Origin: Ginkgo biloba
Lineage: Eukaryota; Plantae; Ginkgophyta
Direction of reading: 5' to 3'
NCBI GenBank assembly: GCA_024626585.2
Contig: JANKJI020000002.1
Span: forward strand, 237,635,477-237,661,706
DNA length: 26,230 nt
This document shows positions 1-12,463 of the stretch, in pieces (position 1 is the stretch's first letter; the number at the start of each line of letters is the position of its first letter). The translations under genes were made by a program, and so were the position numbers. The notes under the pieces were generated by a model, which was given only the letters and a program-made list of their open reading frames with translations, did not search any database and was not told the DNA's origin.

Positions 1-574
1 TCTAAGTTATGGTAACTAGGATTTGATTATACCTAAAGGAACCATCTATAAGTGACATAATGTAATATCTATCTAATTTATTTAAAATAATGACAAAATA
101 TTGAAAAAGTAAGTTATATTTTAATAAAATAATATATTGGTTTTAAAATTCAAAGCATATGCACTACCATGTCCTAAAGTGGTGGATTTTGAAACAATAA
201 CCAAAGATATTTGAGCAGGAGGCCTTTTAAACTTTGGGTACAATCACTAGGAGATTAGGATAGATCTCCTCAGTATTCTCAATTATTGGAATGATTTATA
301 TCTATCTTAAGTAGTCACATATGATTTGAGAATCTTTGAGAGTTAACTCTTAGTTCCTAATTTTATATGTGTAACAACTTTTCCTTATAAATGTATTTCC
401 CTTTGGAAAGTTCAAAAACAATACTGACCATTTGGTACCAACCTAAAGCTACTGATTTTAAATGTAACTTGAAACATGGAACTCGCAACTATACATAAAT
501 ACATAGTTTTGGATAAAGAATCTACTGAGACTGATTTAATTGATGAACTAGTAATAGAGAATCATTATATAAGG

Positions 575-1203
575 AAGCATCACACACTCAATTTTTTTTT
601 GAGTGATGGCAATTTCTTAAAAATCTAAAAAAAGGGCCTAAAAGTAGCAATTTTAGAGAGAATAAAGACTTATCGAGTCTATCCTAGGAATAATAAGAGG
701 TTATTTTATATTATTCCATCCTTTATAAAATTATATTATGGAATGTTTTAGTGTAAAACCCTCACGATATTGATTCCACACTTGGTGTGATGGTAATTTT
801 TAGAAAGACATCTAAAATGGACCAAAAATGCCCTATTGGGAAACTAACACTTCTTGAGGTATTCATGTGTTATATTAGGACATTTCATGTTATTTCACAC
901 TTAATAAGAGTATGCTTGGGAATAATTTAGTGGGGAACCATCACAAACTAGATTCAACACTTGGGATGATTATAGTTTTAAGAAAATCACCCCAAATAGG
1001 AACAAAATGGTGATTTTAAGGAAATTAAGATTTCTTAAGCCCATATCAAGTACAATATGAGGAGATTTTATATGATTCTACCCTTTAAATATAAGTGTAT
1101 TAGTTAATTAATCATTGGATAACTATTATAATATTGATTTCATATTTGGTGTGATGGTAATTTTTAGAAAACTACTTAAAATAGGCCATAAAGGCCTTAT
1201 TAA
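575..1203. repeat. Degenerate ~180-185 bp tandem repeat (>=4 units, alternating A/B), running into a gap
   Basis: Anchor TGATG/TGATT followed by a T-run and AGAAA-like motif recurs at 604, 788, 967 and 1152 (spacings 184, 179, 185). Units 2 and 4 share ttggtgtgatggtaatttttagaaa exactly. Confidence 0.7.
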
Positions 1204-1899
1204 NNNNNNNNNNNNNNNNNNNNNNNNNNNNNNNNNNNNNNNNNNNNNNNNNNNNNNNNNNNNNNNNNNNNNNNNNNNNNNNNNNNNNNNNNNNNNNNNN
1301 NNNATGAATTTATGACTTGCAAGAGAAGGTTGGGAAGAAAAATCAATAGTCAAAGGCTTGTCACTATTAGATGATAAAAGTATAGATTCAAAATATGAAG
1401 ACATTAAACCAAAATATGTTATAACCCCTCCATATAAACAAGCATTTGACCACATAAGGAATAATGGTGCCAAATATATGGAGAATCCTAATATCAAAGG
1501 AAGAGTATTAGGTTTTTCACTCTATCCTTACCCCTCTTGACCTTGGTTTAGCTTTAACCATGGTCCTGTCTAGGGGGAATTACCCCCCTCTCCATCCTCC
1601 TTCCCCCTCCTATAGAGATAAGATGAAAGGAGATAGAGAACCCCTTACAAAATAGTCTCTGGTATAGTTTTTTAGTAGGTATTTTAAACCAAAATGCCCA
1701 CCATGACCAAAGGTCAATGAATTCTTATAAAAATTAATTGGCCTCTTGGAAGTGGAATTCCCTCTAGAAGATGTAGTAAAGAGGTGGAACATATAAAGGA
1801 ATATGAACTTATCTATATATTATTAAGGCTATGGACCTCAAAGAAAATAATTCATGATTGGACCAAGAAAAATTAAAAAACATCTATTCCCTACAACAT

Positions 1900-3192
1900 T
1901 GTCCTTTGATCCAGGGGTTACTTCGTAGTGGTCTTTTTGGATGCAAGTGACAGAAAAAAATATCTAAAGTGGGCCTTTGCTCTTAAACTATGTAGGTATT
2001 TTCTTACAACTTTGTTCATTGGGTTTTAACCCAATAATTGATCTAGATTTAACAATACCTATTTATGTTAGGATCCCCTTCCTCCCCCTTGAGTTTTGGG
2101 GCTCCAAAAAGATAAAGAAAATCAAGAACTATTTGGGATCTTTCATGCAATCCTCAGATCTCACTAAATAGAGGAAAATGACCTTCTATGCTAGAATTTA
2201 TGTTAAAATGGACCTCCAAAATCCCATCCCAAAAGGTATTCATTTAAATATTCAAGGAGGCTTCACTTGGGAACAAACTCTCAACTATGAAGGAACCCCC
2301 TTTTTTTGCAGAGGTTGTCATTCCTATGGCCACCTATAAAAGAATTCCCCTCATAATCTAACCAAAGAAAACCTAAATCAGGAGGTCAAGGATTCTAGTC
2401 TCAAGTGTATCCCTCCCTAAGAGGTTTGTAAGACCCTCTTCTTTCAAGAAAAATCCCCCATGACCATTCGAGAAGAGGCACCACTCCTCCTAAGCAATAA
2501 GTTTGACATCCTAATGGAAGACTTCGATCTCACCCCTTTGTCACCCCTAAGAAAAACTACTAATTAAATCTTACTAGAGTCATATCAGTTGATGACCTAT
2601 GTGGTTCAACTCACACATAAAGTTATTCTTATGAGAAGTAATGAGAATCCCTATCCACACTATTGATGTCCTCCCTCCTAGGTTTTCCCTTCTAAAATCG
2701 TAACACTTTCACCTCTACTACCTCCTCTTCCTACTCTGGACTCACCCTCCCTTATTTTTCCTTAGACCACCTAGTTGTTTTCTCAACCCTCACTAAACTC
2801 GCTCGATCCATGCCCCCCATATAACAACCCTTCACCATTTGTCAATCCCCCCAATGGGATCCCTCCATCTCTAACCCCAAAGGTAAGTCAAAGGACCACC
2901 TTCTTATTAGACCATCCCCATCTTTCAATGATATCCTAGGTGCAGATCTTCAAATTAGGTCTATATCAAGAGATACATCTTCCAAAGGCTCCCATAAAGA
3001 GAAGTTCTCATCAGTCTCACCATCTAAGGGCCCTCCATCTAAGCATTCAACAACAAACTTAACGCAGGCCAAAAAGTAAGAGGATGTCTAAATAAAAATC
3101 GAGGATTAGAGCAACTAACCAAAGAATTGCTCCTGGAAGGAAAACAAACCCAGTTGGGCTTTGAGGTAAGTAAAGGCCACCCCAAACCTTAA
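1900..3192 (+). pseudogene. LINE ORF1 (DUF4283-like + CCHC zinc knuckle), multiple stops/frameshifts; start approximate
   Basis: Reading through stops: IPIYVRIPFLPLEFWG...FYARIYVKMDLQNPIPKGIHL...WEQTLNYEGTPFFCRGCHSYGHL*KNSP (Cx2Cx4Hx4C with last Cys mutated to Ser, from ~2307). Terminal frame ends ...GHPKP* at TAA 3190-3192. Confidence 0.85.
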
Positions 3193-3771
3193 TGAAGGTG
3201 ATTTCTTGGAACATAAGAGGCCTAGGGTCCAAAACCAAGTAAAGGACTCTAAGTCAGCAAATTAATATCTTAAACCCATCCATATTAATGTTGTAAGAAA
3301 CTGAAATGTCATTAAAAGATTTTCAAATCCTAGCCCAAACCATTTGGAAGGGATGCATTTTAATTGTAGAAGATTCTAGAGATCAATCTAGAGGTTTAGT
3401 TATTTCATGGAACCCTAAGACGATAACCCTAGCAAAGTCTTAGACTAACCTAAACTAGGTTTCCATTCAAGCTACATGAGACTTTGAAGGTGTTCTCACC
3501 AACGCTTATGGACCTCCTAGACCCACCCAAAAGAGGCAATGGTGGGACTCATTAAGACTAAATAGGAATTCCCATAACAACTAAGCATGGATGATTAGAG
3601 GAGATTTCAATACCACCTTTTTTTATTAGGAAAGTAAGGGAGGAGACCAAGTGGATATCAGAAGTAGATAGCTCATGCATGATTTTATGACTGACCATGG
3701 GTTATTGGGTGCCCCCTCCAAATTTGGACTCTTCACCTGGAATAATAAGAGAGCAAGAGTTGATCTTGTGG
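3192..3771 (+). pseudogene. LINE ORF2 APE-like endonuclease domain, copy A
   Basis: MKVISWNIRGLGSKTK*...ILML*ET (LQETK motif), NAYGP, WMIRGDFNTT (GDFN motif), FTWNNKR. Confidence 0.9.
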
Positions 3772-3871
3772 NNNNNNNNNNNNNNNNNNNNNNNNNNNNN
3801 NNNNNNNNNNNNNNNNNNNNNNNNNNNNNNNNNNNNNNNNNNNNNNNNNNNNNNNNNNNNNNNNNNNNNNN

Positions 3872-6800
3872 TGCAAATAAAAAATCAAGAGGATGTCTAA
3901 ATAGATAATGGGAATTAGAGAAGATAGCTAAGGAACTTCTCCTAGAAGGAAAAAATACCTAATTGGATTTTAGGGTAAGTAAATCCCACCCTAAACCTCA
4001 ATGAAGATACTTTCTTAGAAAATAAGAGACCTAGGGTTAGAAAGCAAACAAAGGACCCTAAGTTGGAATATAAAAATTCTAAATCCATATGTGGTAATGT
4101 TATAAAAAAACAAAATGTCCTTGGAATATTTTCAAATTCTAACACAAATCATGTGTGAAGGATGCAATTCAATAATAGAAGATTCCATAGGATAACTTGG
4201 AGGCTTATCCATTTTATGGAAAAATAAGACTGTAACCCTATCAAATTCTTAGACTAGTCTAAATTGGGTATCCATTTAAGTCACAAGATTTTTTTAAGGT
4301 GTTCTTAATAATTCCTATAGTCCTCCTAGACCCACCTAGAAGAGGTGATGGTGGGATTCATTAAGAGAAAATAAGAATATGCATAACAACCCAACTTGGA
4401 TTATTGGTGGCAACTTTGACACCACCCTTTTTTATTGGAAACAAAATGGAGTCTGGGAAAGCATTAGAAGAAGAGAGTTGATGCATGATTTTATGACTAA
4501 GCATGGCTTACTAGATGCCCCACCAAAAAATTGCCTCTTCACTTGGAACAACAAGAGGGAAGGAGTGGACCTAGTGGAAGAAATATTAGATAGGTTCATA
4601 TTTAGTGAATACCTTATATTCCTTGACACTTTAATGAAAGTACACAACTTGGAAGGCACTTGATTCAATCACTACCTAATCTAGGTGGTGGTCGACCCCT
4701 AAAATATACCACAACAAATCCCTTTTTAATGGGAAAATATTTGGGTCAACCATTCCTCATACAAAGATAACATCCACACCTAATGGAGGGAAGGAATTCA
4801 CATCAAAGGCTAAAAAATGTTCAAATTCATGCATGCTCTAAAAATTGACAAGCAACATCTAAAAGCTTAAAACAAAGTCATATTTGGAAAAATCTTCTCA
4901 AATAAAGCCACTCCAGAGAAGACCTTAGATGAAATCCAACAATCCATCATGGAATCCCAACCCCTAATTTACTAAAGTAGGAAGAAAAACTATNNNNNNN
5001 NNNNNNNNNNNNNNNNNNNNNNNNNNNNNNNNNNNNNNNNNNNNNNNNNNNNNNNNNNNNNNNNNNNNNNNNNNNNNNNNNNNNNNNNNNNNNNNNNNNN
5101 NNNNNNNNNNNNNNNNNNNNNNNNNNNNNNNNNNNNNNNNNNNNNNNNNNNNNNNNNNNNNNNNNNNNNNNNNNNNNNNNNNNNNNNNNNNNNNNNNNNN
5201 NNNNNNNNNNNNNNNNNNNNNNNNNNNNNNNNNNNNNNNNNNNNNNNNNNNNNNNNNNNNNNNNNNNNNNNNNNNNNNNNNNNNNNNNNNNNNNNNNNNN
5301 NNNNNNNNNNNNNNNNNNNNNNNNNNNNNNNNNNNNNNNNNNNNNNNNNNNNNNNNNNNNNNNNNNNNNNNNNNNNNNNNNNNNNNNNNNNNNNNNNNNN
5401 NNNNNNNNNNNNNNNNNNNNNNNNNNNNNNNNNNNNNNNNNNNNNNNNNNNNNNNNNNNNNNNNNNNNNNNNNNNNNNNNNNNNNNNNNNNNNNNNNNNN
5501 NNNNNNNNNNNNNNNNNNNNNNNNNNNNNNNNNNNNNNNNNNNNNNNNNNNNNNNNNNNNNNNNNNNNNNNNNNNNNNNNNNNNNNNNNNNNNNNNNNNN
5601 NNNNNNNNNNNNNNNNNNNNNNNNNNNNNNNNNNNNNNNNNNNNNNNNNNNNNNNNNNNNNNNNNNNNNNNNNNNNNNNNNNNNNNNNNNNNNNNNNNNN
5701 NNNNNNNNNNNNNNNNNNNNNNNNNNNNNNNNNNNNNNNNNNNNNNNNNNNNNNNNNNNNNNNNNNNNNNNNNNNNNNNNNNNNNNATGTTCATGTTCAT
5801 AGTTCTAAAAAATTTTGGTTTTAATCCCAATTAGATGTAGTCGATTGAAATTCATGTCATTAAGACATCCTTCATAGTCCTAGTCAATGGCTTCCTAACC
5901 AACTTATTTAAATCCTCTATAGGGATTAGATAGGGATTCTAGCTTTCCCCAATCTTGTATATCTTGGTGTCTTATATGCTTGGTAGAGCACTAAATCACC
6001 TAAAAGTTAGTGGAGCCATAAATGACATCCTCATTTCCCTAGGTGTTAGAAACATTTCCCACCTATAATTTATGGAATATGTGATTACCATGAATGGTAT
6101 AAATCCAAATGAGTAAACAAACTTATCCAAAGAACTAAATACCTTCCTAAAATCTTTAGGAGGTTCGATCAATTTATCCAAATCCCATATATTCATGGTG
6201 AATGGCTCTTAGAAATATCACCATAAAATTATCCAAATCCTTGGCTGTGCTAAAGGCCCCTTTCCCCTAAGGTATTTGGGAACTCCAATTTCCCCAAAGA
6301 AATCAAGGTAGGGGGATTGTGCCTATATCCTTAATAAATTTAGCTAGTGAATAGAAGGTTGGGGTTGTAGGTGGCTAATCCTGGTCAAATAGGTACAACT
6401 CATAAAATTAGTCTCATCCTCCATTCCCACTTATATATTTTCTATTTTAGTAGCACCAAAGAAAATCCTCAAGTAGATGGAAAAATTAATGTAAAATTTT
6501 CTCTAAAATGGATCTATGATGGATAAGAAATTTCACCTGGTCAATTAGTTGGAAGTCATCTCCCCTACGAGGAATGGTGGGATAGGAATCATAAAGTTAG
6601 TTAATTTTAACAAGGATTTGGGGTCAAAGATTTACTAGAGGATGATCATAGGACCTAAATCCTTGTGGAAGAAGGTGATCTTGGCCAAATATTGTAAAAA
6701 ATTCCCTCAGGAAGAAATCCCCAAGATAGAAATATCCTCTATAGGAACCATTAGCTGGAAAAATATCCTAAAAAGAAGATATTTGATTGATAAAGGAGTA

Positions 6801-7728
6801 ACCTAGAAAATCAATAATGTAGATAAATGTCACTTCTAGGAGGATTCTTAGAATAGTAAAAATCCTCTCCAAATTAGATCAGATTTAAGGGAGATTAGAA
6901 ACTAATTCTCAGAGGCATGATGGTTTAAATTTAAATATTTTCTTCAGGTACAACAAGGCCTTAACCTTGGATGGAAAGCAATAGCATAATGGACTATAGT
7001 AGGAAGATATACTAAAGATTTGGATCTTTTAGCAAGAATCCTAAAAATCCAAAAATTATACCTAAAAAAGAAAACAAACCAACTTATTTAGGCACCTAAT
7101 AAGAAAGAAGGAACTTATCATGTCAATATTAGTTATAATCTCCTAGAATAAGTCCAACACAAGCCACCACAACCTTATAATCACCTATGGAACCTAATTT
7201 AGAATTTAGCATGTTAGATGAAGGTGTCATGTTTCAATTAACTCCTAAGAAAGGAAAACAATCTTACCCAGGACAACCTATCTAAAAGAGGTATCCCATG
7301 CCCCAATAGGTGAATTCTTTACTTAAATGACAAGGAAGGCATCACTCATCTCTTCATCCTCTATCCCATTGTGATCAAAATATGGAGAGAATCCTAAAAC
7401 TCGTGGGAATAAATCCTTACAATTGGAGATTACCTTCCTATTGAGAAGATTTGATGACTGAATGGAAGAAGAAATTTCCACTTGCCTTTTCTATAGATAG
7501 CCTAGTGAGTAAGATATGGAAGTTAATTCCTCTCTTCATGAGTTGGAATAAATAGATCCACAAGAACTCTATTATCTTTAATGAGTAAACAAGGAGTGCA
7601 TACAAAATGGTGCTCAAAATTAAGAACTCAATAGAGGAATTAATCAAGGATAAATTATCCAACACCCTAAAAAATACACCCTTAAGAAAAGAGACTTAGA
7701 TTCTGCAAAAATGGAACCTTGCCAACTG
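3872..7728 (+). mobile_element. L1-clade LINE copy B (decayed): ORF1 C-terminus plus ORF2 (EN-RT-zf-RVT), ORF2 ATG at 4001
   Basis: EN: WIIGGNFDTT, FTWNNKREG..ILDRFIFS. RT (5790-6100): SFIVLVNGFLTNLFKSSIGIR*GF*LSPILYIL (GLRQGDPLSP-like), ISHL*FMEY (HLQFADD-like). Then PLRYLGTPI, SSIPTYIFS, KFHLVN*..NGGIGI, and zf-RVT-like LTQDNLSKRGIPCPNR..EGITHLF (~7260-7385). Confidence 0.92.
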
Positions 7729-9158
7729 NNNNNNNNNNNNNNNNNNNNNNNNNNNNNNNNNNNNNNNNNNNNNNNNNNNNNNNNNNNNNNNNNNNNNNNN
7801 NNNNNNNNNNNNNNNNNNNNNNNNNNNNTCATAAGAGACATTATGGTATCATTAATTAGTGAGGATGGGGATGATGAAATGTATAAATTATTTTAAAATC
7901 CTTGATAAGATCCAAGTAGAAAATAAAGACCAATAGGACTAAGAGAAAACAAAAACCCTTGGATCATAGAGGAAGTTATGAGAACTTGTGGTAAGAGAAC
8001 CATATAACTATGAGTTGAGAGATATATAGATCATACATCCTTATATTCAATATCAATGACAAATATTTTATAATTATATTCAGTAGAATCCATAGATGGA
8101 GGTTATAGAAATAGATCCATAATATCTAAAGGAGGTAAACCTATAAAACAATTTGAAAACCTGTCACATAATGTAAAATCTTATAATGGACTCATTTACT
8201 AATAAGTTAATGCGAGGATATGGTTGGATGAGTTATTGTCCCTCATTGGATTAGAAACATAGTTGTATGGGCCTAATATCGATGGACCAATCTAGGAAAA
8301 ATAAATGAAGACAAATAATGAAGCAAAAAAAATGCCAAAAGTGAAAATGCAATGATGGAAAAAGGGATTTGTTATGCTTAGATCTTATTAAATTTGATTT
8401 AATTCTCCTTTAAATTTATGATGCATGTGTAATGCACATAGAATTATTTATAAAAATAGCATGAGACTTGGCTATGTTCAAAGGTGCCTAGAACCCATAA
8501 AAATTGAGATGGTACCACTTCCCTCTACTTCTCAAGGTAAGAAATCCTCAAAGGTAAAGGCCTTATTTAAGGAACCTAATAATCAAGGAAAATTGGAAAG
8601 GAAATTTAGGCATAAATATATACTAATGAGTTTGAGTGGAGGTTCATTACCATATTCCTATACACTCATAATAAGCTATTATAATATTCCCATGTACCCA
8701 TTATAAGTATTTTATCATATGCATATGTACCTATCAAGGATGTTAGCATAGTGGTTGCCCATAAAGGGGTTGGATATTTAACCCTTATGAAATCTCCTAA
8801 CTACACATGAATGCAAATTTAATCCTCTCCCCACCCCTAAAAGGATGAAGATTCTATAAGATTCCATCCAATCCTAGCTACCCTAAAATTACATGTTGAG
8901 GATTAATTTTATAGTAGGATGGTTGAATGCATAAATACCACCCTTATAATGTGAGTATACCTAGAAAAATAAAAGTGATCTTGATATAATCTCTTTTTAA
9001 AGATTTTTTATTAGGCTCAATTTATGTACTAGGATGGGAAAATTGATTATGCGAATCCNNNNNNNNNNNNNNNNNNNNNNNNNNNNNNNNNNNNNNNNNN
9101 NNNNNNNNNNNNNNNNNNNNNNNNNNNNNNNNNNNNNNNNNNNNNNNNNNNNNNNNNN

Positions 9159-9410
9159 AGCTTCTGGTGCTATATTCCTCCACCGCCATGACTTCTGCAG
9201 CATGCAGCATGCTTAACAACGTGATGGTATTTAACTCTCCTTTCAGCTCACCCTGGTTTCATCTTGTTGCATGCGACGCAACGTTCACAGCGCGTCTCCA
9301 CAAATAGTCTTCGTAAAATACTGCAAACTGAGCCATTTTACAGAGGCACAAATGCTTAAAAAACCAATATTAATCCCACCAGTGCTCCACAGAAGTACCT
9401 CCACTGCCAT
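9159..9410 (-). pseudogene. Possible decayed PPR-motif gene fragment
   Basis: Minus strand with stops and one frameshift: LSICASV...CGDAL*TLRRMQQ.../ELNTITLLSMLHAAEVMAVEE, resembling the PLS-PPR consensus EALxLFxxMQxxGxKPNxITFxSxLxACA. CpG-retaining island abutting a gap. Confidence 0.3.
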
Positions 9411-9599
9411 AGCTTGAGTTGCCTCCTATTCTCGTATCCACTTTCTCCTTACATCGATAATCACACCACTTTAAAAGATCCATTATAAAAAAAATTTAAT
9501 ATATTTAAAAAACATTAGCAAATTTTTAGCAAAAATATCATCATCAATGAATTCAATTTTTTTTTTTAAATTGTAAAAGCACAATTGGGCTATATATAG

Positions 9600-10650
9600 A
9601 GCATAAAGTTTTCCATAGTATTGACCTACATTAAATCATAAGGTGTTGAATATAGTGTCGTAAGTAAATAGATCTCTTACACCAATTATGAAGGAATTGT
9701 GCCCTTCATGCCATCGACAATAGCCTCTATTTCACTTATGCCCTCTTGATAAATAATTACTCTCTCTTAGGATAGTAAGATAATATGTTGATAATGAATC
9801 ATTAATTGGCTCGCTAGAAAAGACAATAAATTTCTCATTGTCATGAATTATAAGGTACTTTATCTTATAACCTTTTTATCTCTAATTAGACCAATATTCC
9901 TCCTTGGTATGACAATATACCATATGCCTCTCACATTATTTAGTTTTCTCTATAGCCTTAGATGATTATTAGGATACTATATCATATGAAGAAGATGCAT
10001 CTCTTTATTATATATGAGCATGTTGTTATACTGTGTGTGTGTGTGTGTATGAAGAAGTTGTACATAATGGTGATGGTAATGATGATGAGACACAAACTGA
10101 GATAGCTTTAATATCTTTATCTCAATTCACAATGCATATCTAAAGTATTTATTAAGTTTGATAATGGGGATAAGGTATAACTTCTATTGGCTTGATGAAT
10201 AAATACCTCTAATAAATTTTAGTGTCAATACATCCTCATCCTCTTACACTCCTAATCTAATGTTGAGTTTATGAAATCTATCTATGTATTAATGCATTTA
10301 TGACATGAACCCTATCTTAGATATTATCACTTGTTCATAAGTTTCTCCACGTAGTTTATGAGGGTAAAATAACCCTAATGAGACACTTCGTCTCCTCATG
10401 ATATGTGACTAGGGGATTACCTACATACATTCATCTTATGTTTAGTGTCTCCCACCATAACAAGGCATGCTTGGTTAATTTGAGTTTTTCAAATAGGTGT
10501 TTATGGTACTAAGTAATGAAATCAAAAGATTGATGGTGATTAATGTCACGTTCCTAACCAATACTTTTTAATTTAAGAGAGTGGTAAGTGAATCATTTTG
10601 AGTAGCTACTAATCATAAAAAATTGAGAAGTGATGGTCACTTTACATTAA
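9600..10650 (-). mobile_element. Old Ty3/gypsy gag-protease remnant (boundaries approximate)
   Basis: Minus strand: KLKLTKHALLWWETL (~10445-10490) and FHKLNIRLGV*EDEDVLTLKFIRG (gag); IEAIVDG...TPYDLM*V (~9625-9730; protease D-S/T-G and HPxPYxLxW-like). Confidence 0.65.
10032..10048. repeat. (TG)8 microsatellite
   Basis: tgtgtgtgtgtgtgtgt read directly. Confidence 0.9.
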
Positions 10651-10926
10651 GAGAATTAAAATATGAGTTGATAGGTAACTATATAAGGATACAAGGGTCA
10701 ACTCTATACTTCTATCCATTGCCATTCAGAAGAAGGAGAAATATAAAAGGTAGGCCTGTAGTAATTCAAGAGTTGGAAAATAAATGAAGGATGGAAAGCA
10801 ATAAGGAAATTCCCCTAGTAAGTAATAAATCTAATTTAAAGACCTTACACTTATTCTTAGTAAAGAAAAGACTATGGAGATATCCTCTTATTCTTAGATT
10901 AGCATCCTAGAGGATAAATTGATGAG

Positions 10927-11363
10927 CACTAAGGATGGTAAAGAAGTTGAGGATGATGGTTATTAGAGGTAATTTATTAATTTCAGACTAAGATATGACT
11001 TAGGAGAGAATCAAATACTCCCCTACAAAATATCCTACCTACATGCATGACTAGTAACTATAGGGACAATGAGTAGCAAAATCCAACAAGAACGATTAAT
11101 GATAAACCTTATTAATTACATTTTATTTCATAGTGCCTAGGGAAAGTGTGTGGGGCATTTTCCCAATGCCCTTTATACCATTTGCTCAATGTCCCTTAGG
11201 ATGTTTTATCAACATATACTACCAACACCACATAGGAAAATATAAACATACAAATTTCACTTTCTTTTAATTATAAATTTCTTTTTCATTGCATATTCCC
11301 TTGAATGGGGTCAAATTACACAAATTACGAGGTTGCTTCACCCCAAAAGGGGTCTATTTATAG
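10927..11363. repeat. Duplicate of 12265-12701: ~200 bp flank plus first ~240 bp of the LTR (truncated LTR from ~11126)
   Basis: Colinear 437-bp alignment, roughly 85-90% identical by eye, e.g. gataaaccttattaattac/tattttatttcatagtgccta shared across the flank/LTR junction. Confidence 0.9.
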
Positions 11364-12032
11364 TTGTTAAACATGTTTTTTCAGGTTATTAGGGTTGTTC
11401 CCACATGAACATTGGCTCTGTTGTCTGGCCAATATGGTTCAAAGTTTCAAACTAATGTAACTTGCCACGTTTTGAAAAACATTTAATACATAGAAATGTT
11501 CTTTATGGAAGTCGGATTTATCACTGAGTTGTTTCAGTATTAATATTTCGAATTTAGTCCGTCTTGTTCTATGAATTTGTGATTGCATTATTTATGGTCT
11601 CGAACATGTTGAGTTTGCTTTAAATTGGAGCATGCATTGTGAAAGTGAAATGTGTTTTGTTGTTGCTTTTATAGTGAACTTGCTCAATGTTGCCAAACTA
11701 AGTGGGAAACAGAGTAGTGGGACTGGAAAGCCTAGATATGGAAATGAGTGGGACTACTTTTGAAACGAGTCATTAAAATGGTTCCCACATTTGTATTATG
11801 GGGCTACTTGTCTTAGTTTACAGAAGAATCAGTTTAATATTCATATTTTCTTTCTTCAATTTAAGCTTGTTGTTTGCATTATTTTTTTCACTTTTATGCA
11901 ATTTTGTTCACGTGTGTATGCAACTGGGAAGTAAGTCTACAATATAAAATTGCCATTTTTTTCAAAATAAAATATTCCATTTCCTCTTACTTTTTCTACT
12001 TACTGAAATAGAATTGTTCTTTTATAAAGTAA

Positions 12033-12164
12033 ATTTGTTTTTCTGTTACTATTACACGTCCATGTTTATAGCTCTATTTTCTGTGTCAGAATGTTGCATT
12101 CATTCAAATATTTGTTTTTCTGTTACTATTACCCGTCCATGTTTATAGCTCTATTTTCTGTGTC
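12033..12164. repeat. 77-bp-period direct repeat (55 bp matched, 1 mismatch), running into a gap
   Basis: atttgtttttctgttactattac(a/c)cgtccatgtttatagctctattttctgtgtc at 12033-12087 and 12110-12164. Confidence 0.9.
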
Positions 12165-12463
12165 NNNNNNNNNNNNNNNNNNNNNNNNNNNNNNNNNNNN
12201 NNNNNNNNNNNNNNNNNNNNNNNNNNNNNNNNNNNNNNNNNNNNNNNNNNNNNNNNNNNNNNNNCATTGAGGATGGAAAAGAAGTTAAGAAGGATGGTTA
12301 TTAGAGGTAATTTATTAATGTCATACTAAGATATGACTTAGAAGAGGATCATATACTCCCCTAAGAAAGATCTTACCTACATGCATGACTAGTAACTCTA
12401 GGGACAACAAGTAGCAAAATCCAACAAGAGTGATTAATGATAAACCTTATTAATTATATTTTA

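Larger units (their letters stand above)
1304..3771 (+). mobile_element. L1-clade LINE copy A (decayed): ORF1 plus ORF2 endonuclease; 5' limit uncertain, 3' cut by gap
   Basis: ORF1 DUF4283-like and zinc-knuckle motifs, followed by ORF2 start MKVISWNIRGLG at 3192. Confidence 0.9.

Noticed and set aside
7829-9058. Possible very old + strand gag-like remnant
   Set aside because: CpG-stripped and TE-like, but I could not recover a convincing motif; left unannotated.
12033-12164. Repeat-spacer-repeat pattern resembling CRISPR (also 20083-20216)
   Set aside because: Eukaryotic context, only two units, no cas genes; simple tandem duplication explains it.
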